From Prasinococcaceae sp. CCMP 1430 (Eukaryota > Plantae > Prasinodermophyta): a DNA stretch of 64,000 nt. Both the position numbers and the translations under genes were made by a program. Shown here piece after piece: positions 30,515 to 41,461 of this stretch; within the stretch, counting starts at the first letter, position 1; every line of letters begins with the position of its first letter. The stretch covers positions 1 through 64,000 of the forward strand of contig RQSC01000006.1 in assembly GCA_013416795.1 (NCBI GenBank). Direction: 5' to 3'. The notes below the pieces were generated by a model. That model was given only the letters and a program-made list of their open reading frames with translations, ran no database searches and was not told where the DNA came from.

Positions 30515-33334
30515 GGCAAGACGGTCGTCAAGGCCAAGCTGGGTGGGAGCAACAGCATGGTGTACGACGAGAAGGTGCGCGCGCGCAAGCCCGCGCGGCC
30601 GCGGCGGCGGCGGCGCGGACGCCAACGGGGCGTTTTCCGCGCCTGTTGAGCGCGCTCGCAGAGCCTGGCTGCGCCGCAGCCTCGTCGTCGAGCGGAGCGA
30701 AGCATCACGCGTACACAATGGCGACGCGTTCGAGGTGGCCCGCGCGCCAACTCTACGGGACGCGCGACGCTGCGGCGCCCCGCCCGCGTGCGCTGACGCG
30801 CCTGCTGCCGCTCGGCTCCGCAGCGCAAGATGTGGGTGGAGAAGGGCGCAAAGGGCGGCGGTGGCGACGCCGGCCCTAGCGACGACGACGCGTTGCCACC
30901 GCCACCGGTGCTCAAGCGCACATCATCCGCGCCCTCAACGTCTCCAACATCCCAGGGGGGCGACCACTCGTGGGGTGAGGCGGCCGGCAGCGCCAATGGG
31001 AACGGGAACGGGAGTGCCAGCGCCGGTCCGCCAAGCATGACGTCGTCCGCGTCGTCTGGGAACATGTACCGCGCTGCCGGTGGTGCGGGGCGGCGGCCGC
31101 GATACGCAGCGTCGCCATTTGCGCCAAAGGCCGCGGGTGCCACAAACGCAACCGGGGGGCCGAATGCGCTGCTTCCTGGGAGCGCTTTCGCAGTTGGTGG
31201 CGGTGCCAAGCCGGGCGTTGCGCCACCGACTTTCTTCGTGCCGGGCCCGGCGGCCGCAGCCGAGGCGGACGCCGGGGCGGGCCCTGCGCCGACGCCTGTA
31301 CCGGCCCCTGCGGCTTGGGCATCGACCGGGACTGCTGACGGCGACCAGCCCTACAGCAACGGAAACGGGTCGCTGGCGCGAGCGAGTGCCGGCGGCGAGC
31401 AGCCCATGGAGCCAACAGCAGCGCCCGAGACTGCGAGCGCTGTTGATGAGCAGCCAGCGCAATTCGAGCCGATAGTCGCACCTGAGACCCCCATGCAACA
31501 GCCTGTGGGGGGGCTCACGGCCAGCACGATCTCTGACTACGATCTCGCCCAGATCCAGCAAGTCGCCAACTTGGTGGCCGATACCACCCCCAACAAAGCC
31601 GCGAGGGCGCGGTCCGCTCAGACGCACGCGTCGCAAGAGGCCGACAACGAGGTGGAGGGGGCGCAGGAAGACGGCCAGGCAGCTGAGCCATTCGAGGGCG
31701 TGGCGGACGGGGCCTCTGTTGCCGAGAGCACCGGAGCTGCGTCGCAGCTGGCCCAAGGATGGGCCGAATACTACACGGAGGAGGGGCACCTGTACTACTA
31801 CAACGAACAGACGGGCGAATCCTCTTGGTACCCTCCGGAGGGGTTCCAGAGCCAGCAGACGCAGCAGTACAACAATGCAGCCTATGAGGAGGGCGGGGGG
31901 CAGCAGCAGGAGCAGCAGCAGGAGCAGCAGCAGGAGGAGCAAGGAGAGCAGGATCAACACCAGTACGACAACGCTGCCTTCGCGCCGTCGCCCGCGCAAG
32001 AGGAGGTTTCGGAGACGCTCGCGGGCGAGGCTGGCGTGGAGGTAGCCAATGCAAGCGTTGACGGGGGAGAGGAGACTGTGCAGGCAGGGCATGACTTGGA
32101 GCAGCAGGCGACTGCCCAAGTGCACGCCGACTCGACCGCGCGTGCGCCCGAGGAAGATGGCGCGGCGCACGTGCAAGGCGCGGTGGCAGGACAGCCTCGC
32201 GCGCGGCCGTTGACCGTCGACTTGTCCGAACAAGGAATGGGTCATATGGAGCAACAGCCTGGACCTCATGACGCGCACGGGCACTTCCCTCAGGTGGCTT
32301 TCACATCGCATCACAGCCGTGTGGACAGCAAGACCGAGATGGCGATGGATTTCTTCGAGAGCTTGAGCCCGAATTCCCAGGCGAGGCACGCGTCTCGCGG
32401 CTACGTGGGCGAGGTGGGCGCCGTCGCTGCTGTCGGCGCACTCGATGCGCCACAGGCCACGGTTGGTCAAGCAGCGGAGGAGACTGTCGATCCAGCCGCC
32501 GCACCCGCGGTTCCAGCTGTCACTGCGGATGCGCCAGCGGCGATGGTCGCACCTGCGGAGCATCAGGAGGCAGGCCAGGCTGATGTTGTCGCAGAGACGC
32601 CACCCGAGGATGGCGGGCCCGTTGCGGAGATGTCCGTCGGCGACGCCATCAACGCGCAAATCAGCGGCGCTGTCGGTTCAGCCCTCGATCCCCACGGAGT
32701 GGAGAGCGGCGCTCGCCGGCGGCTCGAGCTTGAGCAGCCGCTGCCTGCGCCTGCGCCTGCGGTGGCCACGGCAACGACTGCGCACGGTGCGGTCGACGAG
32801 CACGAAAGCCTCGCTGGTGCGGAGACGCGAGCCCGCGAGGCTGAGGCCCGTGCCGCAGCGCTCGAGGCGCAGGTGGCGGCGCTCAAGCTCGAGTGCGACA
32901 CTCACATCAAGCTGTGTGCTGCGGCTGCGCGCGAGCGCGATGATGCGCTGGCCGAGTGCGCCTCCGCGGCGGCGGCGGCGGCTGAGGCCGCCCGAGCTGA
33001 GACGCGTGCGGACGCTGACGAGGAGATGGAAGACCTGGTTGTGTGCCTCGGCCAGGAGGAGGAGAAAGTGTCTCGCCTTTCGGCAAAGCTTGCAGAGCTC
33101 GGCGTTGATGCGTACGAGCTCATCGCCGACCTCGACGTCATCACTCCGTCAGATGCAGGCGACGGCGCCGATGAGGGCGTGGACGGCTCAGCTGATGTGC
33201 ACCCCGGCACGGCCGAGGACGCGGCTGGCGTCGCCTCGCCGCTGACGCAAGCAATGTCCATGGCCGACGAGATCCCGGAGCCGCCCGCAGCGCTCCCGCT
33301 CCCGAACATGCCACCCGGCATGGTAGGGCCCTAA
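30515..33334 (+). CDS. Sec16-C-terminus-like region + WW domain + Uso1/p115 C-terminal coiled coil (5' part probably in gap)
   Basis: Exon 30515-30574 and intron 30575-30823 give KAKLGGSNSMVYDEKRKMWVEKG...ALPPPP; then RPRY and PTFFVP; WW domain GWAEYYTEEGHLYYYNEQTGESSWYPP; C-terminal EMEDLVVCLGQEEEKVSRLSAKLAELGVD; TGTAA at 33350. Confidence 0.75.
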
Positions 33335-33413
33335 GGTGGCCTGGCTCGCTGTAATAATGACGTTGCGTTTTGGCTGCTTTTACTGGCGCAGCTGCGGCAG
33401 TGCGCGCTTGCGT

Positions 33414-34316
33414 TCACTCGAGCAGGGCACGTTTCTGCCCCGGGTGCTGCGGGAGAGGCTGCGCCTGTTGGCCCCAGTACGAGTGTCTGTGCGGGTCGTG
33501 TTGGCGTTTCGTGACTCTCGTTTGGGCCGAATCTCTGGCAGCGCCGAAAGCGTTGGCCGGGCGCTCCGCGAGCGTCGTCGCCTTTGGCGCTGAGGCCGCT
33601 GCCAGCGCCGCGGCGAAGCGCGCACGCCTCCCGGCCTCTGATTCCGATTCCGGGGAGGGGTTGGTGGCTTCGACCTCCCCGCCCGTCTCGCTGGCCGAAT
33701 CGGCGCTATCCGGCACAGGGTCCTCCTCGTCGGTCGTGGCGGGCGCCGATGCGCCGGGTTGTGCGGCCCGGGTGGGCGGAGGCGTGGTCATCGCGTCCAT
33801 TGCCTCCTCGGCAGCAAACATCGACGACGTGATGCGCGCCAGGGTTTGCTCGAGCTCGAGCGCGCGCGCCTCCGCCGCATGGCGCAGGCGCCTCTCCTCG
33901 CGCAGCGCGTCCGACGTCCCCGTGAGAGGTGTCGCTGGCGTCGCGGGGGAGGCACCGCCGCCGGGCGTCGCTTGGACGCTCTCCCCGCCCCCACGCGCCT
34001 CCCCGCCCTGGCCGGGCGTTGCGGCCCGCTGGGCGCTCGGCGGGCCCTCGCTCATGCTTATTTCCCTTTCGAGGCGCATGCGCGCCGAGCGCTCCTCATC
34101 GAGCGCAGCCTCAGCCTCGGCGAGCTTCCGCCGCAGCTCGCCCGTGCGCGCGTGCATCTCCTCGAGCGCGCGCGCGGCCTGCTCGCCGGCGTCCTCGGTG
34201 CGGCGCAGGCGCTCGGCGCACGCAGAGTGACGCCCACAGGCGCCACGGCTGTGTGAATTCGAGAAAACAAGCCACGCCGCAGCGCGCGGGGATGCGCAGC
34301 GCAGCACCACCTGCAC
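33414..34316 (-). CDS. Coiled-coil/disordered coding region, gene boundaries uncertain
   Basis: LEEMHARTGELRRKLAEAEAALDEERSARMRLEREI and EERRLRHAAEARALELEQTL; no ATG, so probably a downstream exon. Confidence 0.55.
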   Translation of the reverse strand: MQVVLRCASPRAAAWLVFSNSHSRGACGRHSACAERLRRTEDAGEQAARALEEMHARTGELRRKLAEAEAALDEERSARMRLEREISMSEGPPSAQRAATPGQGGEARGGGESVQATPGGGASPATPATPLTGTSDALREERRLRHAAEARALELEQTLARITSSMFAAEEAMDAMTTPPPTRAAQPGASAPATTDEEDPVPDSADSASETGGEVEATNPSPESESEAGRRARFAAALAAASAPKATTLAERPANAFGAARDSAQTRVTKRQHDPHRHSYWGQQAQPLPQHPGQKRALLE

Positions 34317-34438
34317 ACACGTGGCTGGGGTCGCTGGAAGCTGTTGCGCACTGAGATGAAGGGGGTCGAGGGGGCAAAGGGCCCGGCGCTCGCCGCGTTG
34401 GCGCTGGGCCCTGACGATAAGTGAGTATTAGTACAGTA

Positions 34439-34960
34439 CTATACATGCGCGTAGCGGTTCTTGCCGCCGCGGAAGCTGCCTGCAACACCCAGCCCCACGT
34501 CAGTGCCGAGTTCGACCTCCAAATCTGCGTCCACTACACCCTGGGCGTCGGCGTTGCCATCCCAGCCCTGCTCGCCCAGCTCGAGGCCATTGTCGCGCGT
34601 GTCGAAGCCTGCATTGGCTGACGTGCCGCCCGAGCTCGAGCCGGATGAAGGTCGTGTATTGTCATGCACTTGCCGCGCGACAAAGATGGCGCTCGTGACC
34701 ACTGCAAGCACCACCAGGAGCACTATCACCGCACCAATCCACGGCACGCCCCCCATGAGGGGGGGAGGCGGCGCAGGCATCGGAGGTGGCGCGGAATTCG
34801 CTGGTGAGGGGGGTGGTACTGGTGGCACGGCTGGCTCTGGCGGAGGCGGGAGCGATACTACACCGGCGGCGAGCGCCAGCGCGTGTGGGCAGGGCGTTGG
34901 CGCGAGCACGGCGAGAGCGGCGGCCGCCGCCGCGGCGCGCGCGGCGGCGGCCCCGCGCAT
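34439..34960 (-). CDS. Predicted single-pass membrane protein with signal peptide and Pro-rich ectodomain
   Basis: MRGAAAARAAAAAAALAVLA signal, poly-Pro stretch, TM WIGAVIVLLVVLAVVTSAIFVA. Confidence 0.7.
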   Translation of the reverse strand: MRGAAAARAAAAAAALAVLAPTPCPHALALAAGVVSLPPPPEPAVPPVPPPSPANSAPPPMPAPPPPLMGGVPWIGAVIVLLVVLAVVTSAIFVARQVHDNTRPSSGSSSGGTSANAGFDTRDNGLELGEQGWDGNADAQGVVDADLEVELGTDVGLGVAGSFRGGKNRYAHV

Positions 34961-35247
34961 GGGGTTGACCGCGCGCAAGTCTGCTGCGTGTGGCGCAAGT
35001 GGTGTCCCTCGCGTATGCACACGCACGCACGGGGGGACGGCGCCGTACGCCCCCCAAGCCTGGACGTATCGAATTTTGCATGCGGACCCTAACCCTAACT
35101 GGGGAATTGCTGGCCCCGGGCGGCCAGCGCCCCATACTGTACTTCATGGTTGTCCTTGCCGTACTTACTGTACACGCTACGAGCGCGCGCACGCAGCTGT
35201 GCCTTCGCGTCGCATGCGCCGCGCTCGCGTGCGCACAATGGCCGCGC

Positions 35248-35559
35248 TCAGCCCTTCCAGATGCAGGCGGCCGTCGTGCCCGCTGCATAGACGTAGAGCA
35301 TGTTCTTGACCTCGTGCGTGACCTCGAACGCGAAGTTCTGTCCCACCACACAGTGCCACGGCGCGCCAAACTTCTTGTCCATCTGATCCTTGATAGACTT
35401 GGCGGCGAGCTCGTAGTTGTTGCCGTGTTTCTCGACGGCGCTGATGACGAACTCGACTGCCTCCACACGCATCTCCTCGATCATGTCGCTGTGCTTGACC
35501 AACGCGTACTTGGCCATCTTGAGGAAGGCCTCGCGATCAGCAGGAACGGTGTCCGCCAT
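35248..35559 (-). CDS. DNAL4: Axonemal dynein light chain 4 (LC8 family, DNAL4/LC10-type)
   Basis: LVKHSDMIEEMRVEA...AAKSIKDQMDKKFGAPWHCVVGQNFAFEVTHEVKNMLYVY...ACIWK; the THEVKN motif and terminal WK distinguish it from LC8. Confidence 0.88.
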   Translation of the reverse strand: MADTVPADREAFLKMAKYALVKHSDMIEEMRVEAVEFVISAVEKHGNNYELAAKSIKDQMDKKFGAPWHCVVGQNFAFEVTHEVKNMLYVYAAGTTAACIWKG

Positions 35560-36348
35560 GGTGGGCGGCGTCGGGACGTGTCAGGGATGGGATTTGTGCT
35601 ACTCCCAGGCCTAAAAAGCTGAGCTCGCCGCTCGCACTCGCGTCCGACCCCGTGCGTGCACCGCCACGCCGCCGCGTGCCGCCGCTGCGCCAACCTCCGC
35701 CGCCGAGCAGCCGCGTGCGAGAGCGGGCGAGCGGGCGCAGGCGCGCCAGGCGAGCCCAGGGCGCGCCGCCTGCTCTGTCGCAGGGCGCCGCGCCGCACGC
35801 CTGCGCCGCAGCCGCGCTGTGGCACTGTCCAGCGCGGCGTCCCCTCTCCCTGGCGCGCCCAGTGCTTCTCCCCGTTCCGGCCCACGTGCGCACCCCGCAT
35901 CCCCGCCCGGCCCACCTCCCCTCCCCGCTGGTCAGCGTGCCGCCAACGTGTATTCCGCCGAATCGTCCCTGCAGTTCGAATACATGCGTGCAAAACCAAA
36001 ACCGCGGAGCCGCGCGTGAAATTGCCGCGATCCCCGGGGGAACCCGATTCGGAGCACAGCGGCCGGGGGGCCAGGGAACAGCGCCGGGCGGAAATGGCAT
36101 GAGGGGAAAGGGGATAGGCCTTGCGCGGGGGAGGGGCGCAGCGCCGGCCGGCGCGCGTGCGCACTGGAAGGGCCTCTGGTGCCGGAGCGGGATGCACGCA
36201 GTGAGGTGTGGTGAGGCGGGCGGCGGGCCAAGGGCTGCCTCGCGGACAGCGTGGCTGAGCTCGTGTGGAGCTGAGGCGGCAGAGGTCGCGCAGGCGGCGG
36301 CCGCGCACCTCGGGCGTCGGAGGCGCACCGCGCGACGAAGGCGACGCC

Positions 36349-37637
36349 ATGGGCGACAGCCTGGCACAGCAGTACAAGGAATGCTGTGCCGAGCAGAGCG
36401 CGCGTGTGCTCGCTCCGATTTTGAGCGAGCTCGAGCGCGTGGACCGTAACGAGGTGCACGCCCTGCATGAGGTCAAGCTTGCGGGTAACACGCCGGAGAT
36501 GTTCGACGAGCGCGCGGGCGCAGCCGAGGCTGCGGCAGTCGCGAGCCTGCTGTGCAAAAGAAAAGATGTTGAGCTCCTCGACCTGAGCTACAACAAGGTG
36601 GACGATGAAGGCGCGGAGTCGCTGAGTGTGATGCTACGCGAGAACTCATCGCTTAAGGAGCTCAACTTATGCGGCAACCAAATTGGGCCCGGTGGATGCG
36701 CGGCGCTGTGCGCCGCACTCAGCAGCGAGGGTGGTGGTGGCGGGGGCATCCTCTTCATGGACCTGAGTTGCAACCCACTGGAAGACGACGGTGGGCGTGC
36801 GGTGGCAGAGATGCTGGAGTGCAACGACACGCTGCAGCTGCTCAATCTCTCCGACACCGAGCTTAGCATGCGCGCGCTTGTGTCTATCGTCGCGGCGCTC
36901 GGCAGCCCCAAGGCCACACTCAAGAGCATTGCGCTGGAGAATGCGCGCGTGCGCCGCCACGACGATGTGGCGCAGCACTTCGCTGCGGCGCTGGCGCGCA
37001 ACACAACGCTGCTGCACCTACGCATGGGGAAGCTTTCAATTGACGACAGCGGGCTCTCTACGCTGGTTGATTACGGCCTCGTGCGCAACGAGACGCTCAC
37101 CGTGCTCGACCTGCGCTGCAACCGCCTCACAAGCGCATGCGCGCCCGCACTGGAGAGGCTGCTCACACACTGTCCTTCGCTCGAGGAGCTCTGCCTGTCG
37201 AACAACCGCCTGGGCGACGGCGGCGCGGCCGCAATCGCAGCAGGTCTGCACCACAACACCAACCTCTCCTGGCTCGAGCTCTGCAACAACAGTGAGTAGG
37301 CGCGTGAGTGCACATCATACGTAGCCTTAGTACCCTGTGCGCACGTGCGCCCGGTGTGTCGATACGACGCATGCCATCTGACTCTATGCCTATCATTGCC
37401 GTGTGCCCGTCTCTTTGTGCAGGCATCAACGACCGGGGATTGTGTGAGCTGGCACTCTCGCTTGCCGAAGTTGAGACCAATGTGCAACACCTCGCCCTAT
37501 GGGGAAACGCCTTCGGGCAGATGGCTGCGAGGGCATTTGCGGCGGTGCTCGTCGACCTGGACCTCCGCACAGACTTCATCGTTTACGCAGACGAGGACGG
37601 AACCACCGTCCACGTGGCGAGGGGCGAGCTCTGCTGA
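36349..37637 (+). CDS. Ribonuclease-inhibitor-type LRR protein, LRRC34-like
   Basis: Repeated LxLxxNxI/L units (LDLSYNKV, LNLCGNQI, MDLSCNPL, LDLRCNRL, LCLSNNRL); intron 37292-37422; C-terminal LWGNAF...TDF; TGTAA at 37770. Confidence 0.8.
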
Positions 37638-37821
37638 GACCGGAGCATGTGCGTTGCCTGTGCCGAATTCGCCGCTGGCAGGCGCTCCTCGACACGTGCA
37701 AACCCTGCAAATGCACCCACGCGGCTCGTTGTGGGAAAAGCTCCCGCACTGAGCGTGCTCGCATTGCACTGTAAAATACATTTTCTCTCACTGCTGTTAC
37801 AGTACGCTGTGTGAACGCCAA

Positions 37822-38937
37822 TCACTCGAAGAAGGCATAGCCCATGTCGATTGAGCGCTCGAGGACGTCCTCGGCGGCCGGGAACGCCTCAACGTAGCGT
37901 GAACGCTTGCCCACCACCATGTCGCGGCGGTGCAGCGCAGCGCGAGCATTCCTCGCATCAGCGTTTGAGCGGAAGCGGACCAACGCGCTACCATTGCGCT
38001 TGCCGTTCACCAGCGGAATGTACACGTCGTCTGGTCGCGGTGGAGCGAAGCTCGCGTCCGCGTCGCCCCCGCTCGCCTCGTACGCGTCCGCAGCAGCCTC
38101 CGCCGCCCACTGGGCAATGGACGACCTATCAGCCTTGAATGGCAGCCCACGCAGCGACAGCATTTCTCCTGTGAAGTCCCCCGTCACCCGCTGCATCCAC
38201 GGCTGAAATGTGTGCCGCCACTCGTTCTGGAACTCTGAGGGTGCCGGTGGGACGGCCTCCGGGCCGACGAGCTCGGCGCGGAGCGCCTTGGACACGCGGC
38301 CACCCTTGGTTTTCTTCTCCTTCCCTCCGGCGGTCTCGACGTATGATTTGTAGCGCTGGACGGGACACTTGGACGGCACGGGGCCGATGATGCGCACAGG
38401 GATCTCGCGGATGTCGGCAACCTCAGCCGCCGCCCACAGCCGCCAGCACAGCCGCGGGGCGACGTAGTAGTTGCCGCTCTGCGAGTCCTCCCACACCTCA
38501 ATGGGCTCGCGGAAGCCGTAGCGTTGCAGCGAGTTCCGCTGCTTGGACATGCTCCTGCGGAAGTCGTCGTACTCCTCCATCGACTCGGGGCGCTCCATGG
38601 GCACCCACATGAGCATCTCTGGCGCGACCCATGTCGTCTTCTTGAGTGCCTTGGGAGCGATGCTGTGCTTGTTTCCGCGCTCGTCGACAACAGTCTTGCC
38701 CGTCGGGCGACTTGGCCGGCGCTTGGCGGCAGGAGCGGCGTAGCGACGCGCTTTCGCTTCCTCTCGCTCACTCCTCGCCGCGCCCGCCCGCCCCCCTGCC
38801 TCAGCACCTGGCGCGTCTGGTTGCGCAGCGGTGGAAACGCGCCGCGCCTGCCGCCTCGCAAGCCCGAACCCCCCGCCGCCTCTGACAGACGCGCGGTGCG
38901 CGTGCGCGCCGCGCGCTCCAGCCGCCGCGACTGCCAT
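37822..38937 (-). CDS. Transit-peptide protein with ParB/sulfiredoxin-like domain and C-terminal quasi-RRM
   Basis: A/R-rich N-terminus from ATG 38937; SLQRYGFREPIEVWED...YYVAPRLCWRLWAAAEVADIREIPVRII; LRGLPFKA...GKRNGSALVRF...RYVEAF; TGTAA on minus at 37797-37801. Confidence 0.72.
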   Translation of the reverse strand: MAVAAAGARGAHAHRASVRGGGGFGLARRQARRVSTAAQPDAPGAEAGGRAGAARSEREEAKARRYAAPAAKRRPSRPTGKTVVDERGNKHSIAPKALKKTTWVAPEMLMWVPMERPESMEEYDDFRRSMSKQRNSLQRYGFREPIEVWEDSQSGNYYVAPRLCWRLWAAAEVADIREIPVRIIGPVPSKCPVQRYKSYVETAGGKEKKTKGGRVSKALRAELVGPEAVPPAPSEFQNEWRHTFQPWMQRVTGDFTGEMLSLRGLPFKADRSSIAQWAAEAAADAYEASGGDADASFAPPRPDDVYIPLVNGKRNGSALVRFRSNADARNARAALHRRDMVVGKRSRYVEAFPAAEDVLERSIDMGYAFFE

Positions 38938-40012
38938 CCCGCGCCAATTCCCGCCCCGCTCCTTCTCCCTGCAGGCGCTCGCCTCTCCCGAGCCCCTCAC
39001 GCACCATACCGTGCGCTCCTCGGTAGGGTGCGCGCATAGGCTCGCTCCCGCTGATCGCCGGAACCCGAAAACGCGCCCCGGCAGAAAACAAAACGCATAC
39101 TGTAAAATGTCGAAATTACGATGGCTTTATCCGCCGTTTATTCGCGGTAGAGTACGTCAAATTACATCGCTTTTGCGCCCTGGCCGACCGCGCGGCTCCG
39201 CATTCGGGCGATGGGACCGCCGCGGCGCGCGCGCGCGGCCCCCGGCGAAAATAAAACGGAAATCGCACGGATTTTGATTTTGATTTGTGTGTGGAAAAAT
39301 AATCCGCGTGCGTCGCGCCCGGGAGTTCGGATCTTCCTTGGGGTCGCTTTTTTTTTGTGTGTGTGGCGACTTGCAGCGCGTGCGCGTGCTTTTTGGAGTC
39401 GTTGTCGGTTTCATCAGAAAAAAGATGCGCTCGGGCTTTTAGGAGCGGCCGTACATCGGTTCGCATGCGCCGCCGCAGCAAAGCGGCCAACGGCGGTTTG
39501 CGGCGCGCCACACCGCGGCTGCAGCTGCCGCCGCCGGGGCGGCGAGGGGCGCGGGCGGGCGGGGCGGTGCCGTGGGACGCCCGGCGTTGCACGTCCCACC
39601 TCCTGGGGCCACGCCCCTGCGCGCTGGCGCCGCGCGCTGTGTGCCGCGCCCCCTCGCGGCGCCGCGCCTTCCCCTCGCGCGCGAAATTCCTCCCGTCTGC
39701 CACTCGCACTCGTGCGCGCGTGCGTGCCGGGGGAAAAACGCCATGCATTCATTGCATCGGAGGCATGCAAGTTTGCCACGACCTGCGTGTTCTTCACTCC
39801 TCATTGCTCATCAGTCAGTGTTCGTTCGCGAGCCGCGTGAGAAGACGTCAGAATGCATGCGCAGGAGCGGCGCTGGCGGCGCCCCGTACGCGAAGAGGCG
39901 CGGCGCGGCGCGGTGCGCGCGCGCGAGGCGCGCGCGGCCGGGCGGGCCGGGCGGGGGCCTGGCGGAGGCGCTGCTGGGCGGCGGGCTGTCGGGAAACGAG
40001 TGACATGGGGGC

Positions 40013-41015
40013 CTATGTGCTGGGTCTTACGCCGCCGAGGACGGAGGCCAGCGTGGGCCACAGACACGGCGTGCGCTTCTTGTACGCCTTGTACTCCGCG
40101 TCGTCGCCCCAGCGCTTCTTCGCCGAGGCCTCGAGCAGCGGCACACCCGAGACGCGCGTGAGCAGGAAGTGGATGAAGAAGGGGCACGCCGACGCCGCCA
40201 CGGACGCGGGCAGCGGCAGAGCGGATGCCGCCGTGAGAAAGGCACCCCACCACAGGATGATTTCGCCAGCGTAGTTTGGATGCCTAGACCAAGCCCACAA
40301 GCCATGCGTGATGAACTTCTCCTTATTCTCGGGCACCCTGCGAAACGCCGACTTCTGCCCGTCGGCCACCGCCTCGACCAGCATGCCCGTAGCGTACAGA
40401 GCACCGCCGCCAATGGCGAGCACCTTAGCGAGCATACCGCGGGCCGCGAAGGTGCCCGCGAGCTCAGAGGCATCCGTGCTGTTCACCAGCAACATTGGCA
40501 GCGCGGTCACGAAAACCCACACAGCGCTGATAAGGAAGTACAGCAGGAGCATCAGAGGCCTGTCTCGCACGCGGCGAAAGCGTCTGTCCTCCCCATCGCG
40601 ACTTATGCGGCTCACGAGAAATGTTCCAAGGCGCAGCGTCCACAGCTGTGCGTCCGGTTTCCCGGTTCCAACGCACCACCGCGCGATAACACGGTGCTGT
40701 CAGCGAGGCTCTCGGCATCCGCATGCGGACGTCTTCTTTGAGCGCGCCCTTTTGCCGCGCTCATGCGTGCTCGCTGTGGCACGCGTGGGCGCGTCATCAA
40801 CGTACCGTGACCATGGCTGTACTTATTAGCTGCAGTGGCGCCGCCTTTCCGATGCCCCCGGCCCCATTGAGGGACACCGCCGCGGAGCACAGAAAAGCCA
40901 GGCTGCCAACACCATCGTACAGGCGCTCCGTCTTCGCGACAGCAGACACTGCCCAGCCCGCAAGGTGGACGAGCGCGTCAACGGCAAGCACGCCGACCAT
41001 GCCTTGCCGCGCCAT
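40013..41015 (-). CDS. DUF1295 / steroid 5-alpha-reductase-like membrane protein
   Basis: TERLYDGVGS, LWTLRLGTFLVSRI...EDRRF, EAVADGQK, GLWAWSRHPNYAGEI and SGVPLLE; intron 40646-40805. Confidence 0.9.
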
Positions 41016-41461
41016 GTACGCACCGCGCCCCTGGATTGCGCTCAGTGCACACGCGGCTGGGCCCACTCCAGCTCCACGCGCGCGACGCACAGCACGCGCC
41101 CGTCCCCGCCCGGCGCCGCGCCCGCCTCCAGCGCCGCTGCCCGCTGAGCTGCGCGCTGAGCGCATGCGCCGCCCGCCACCAGCGCCCCGCAGCGCCGCGC
41201 GCACCGGCACGCGTGGCTACAAGGCGCACAGGCGTGCGTGCGCGCCCCCAGGCCGNATGCGCGCGGGGCGTGCGGAGCGACTGCTGGGGGCAGCGGGCGG
41301 GGCCGCGCCGAGGGCCGGGCGGTCGGGTGTGGATTCGGCGGCGGGCTCGCTCGGGGCGAGCGGCGTGAGCGGCGGGGGCGCGCGGCTGGGGCGCGCGCGC
41401 GGGAGGGGTGGGGTGGGGGGGGCGCCGGACCGGCACGAGCGGGCAGCGTCTCCTGGCGGCC

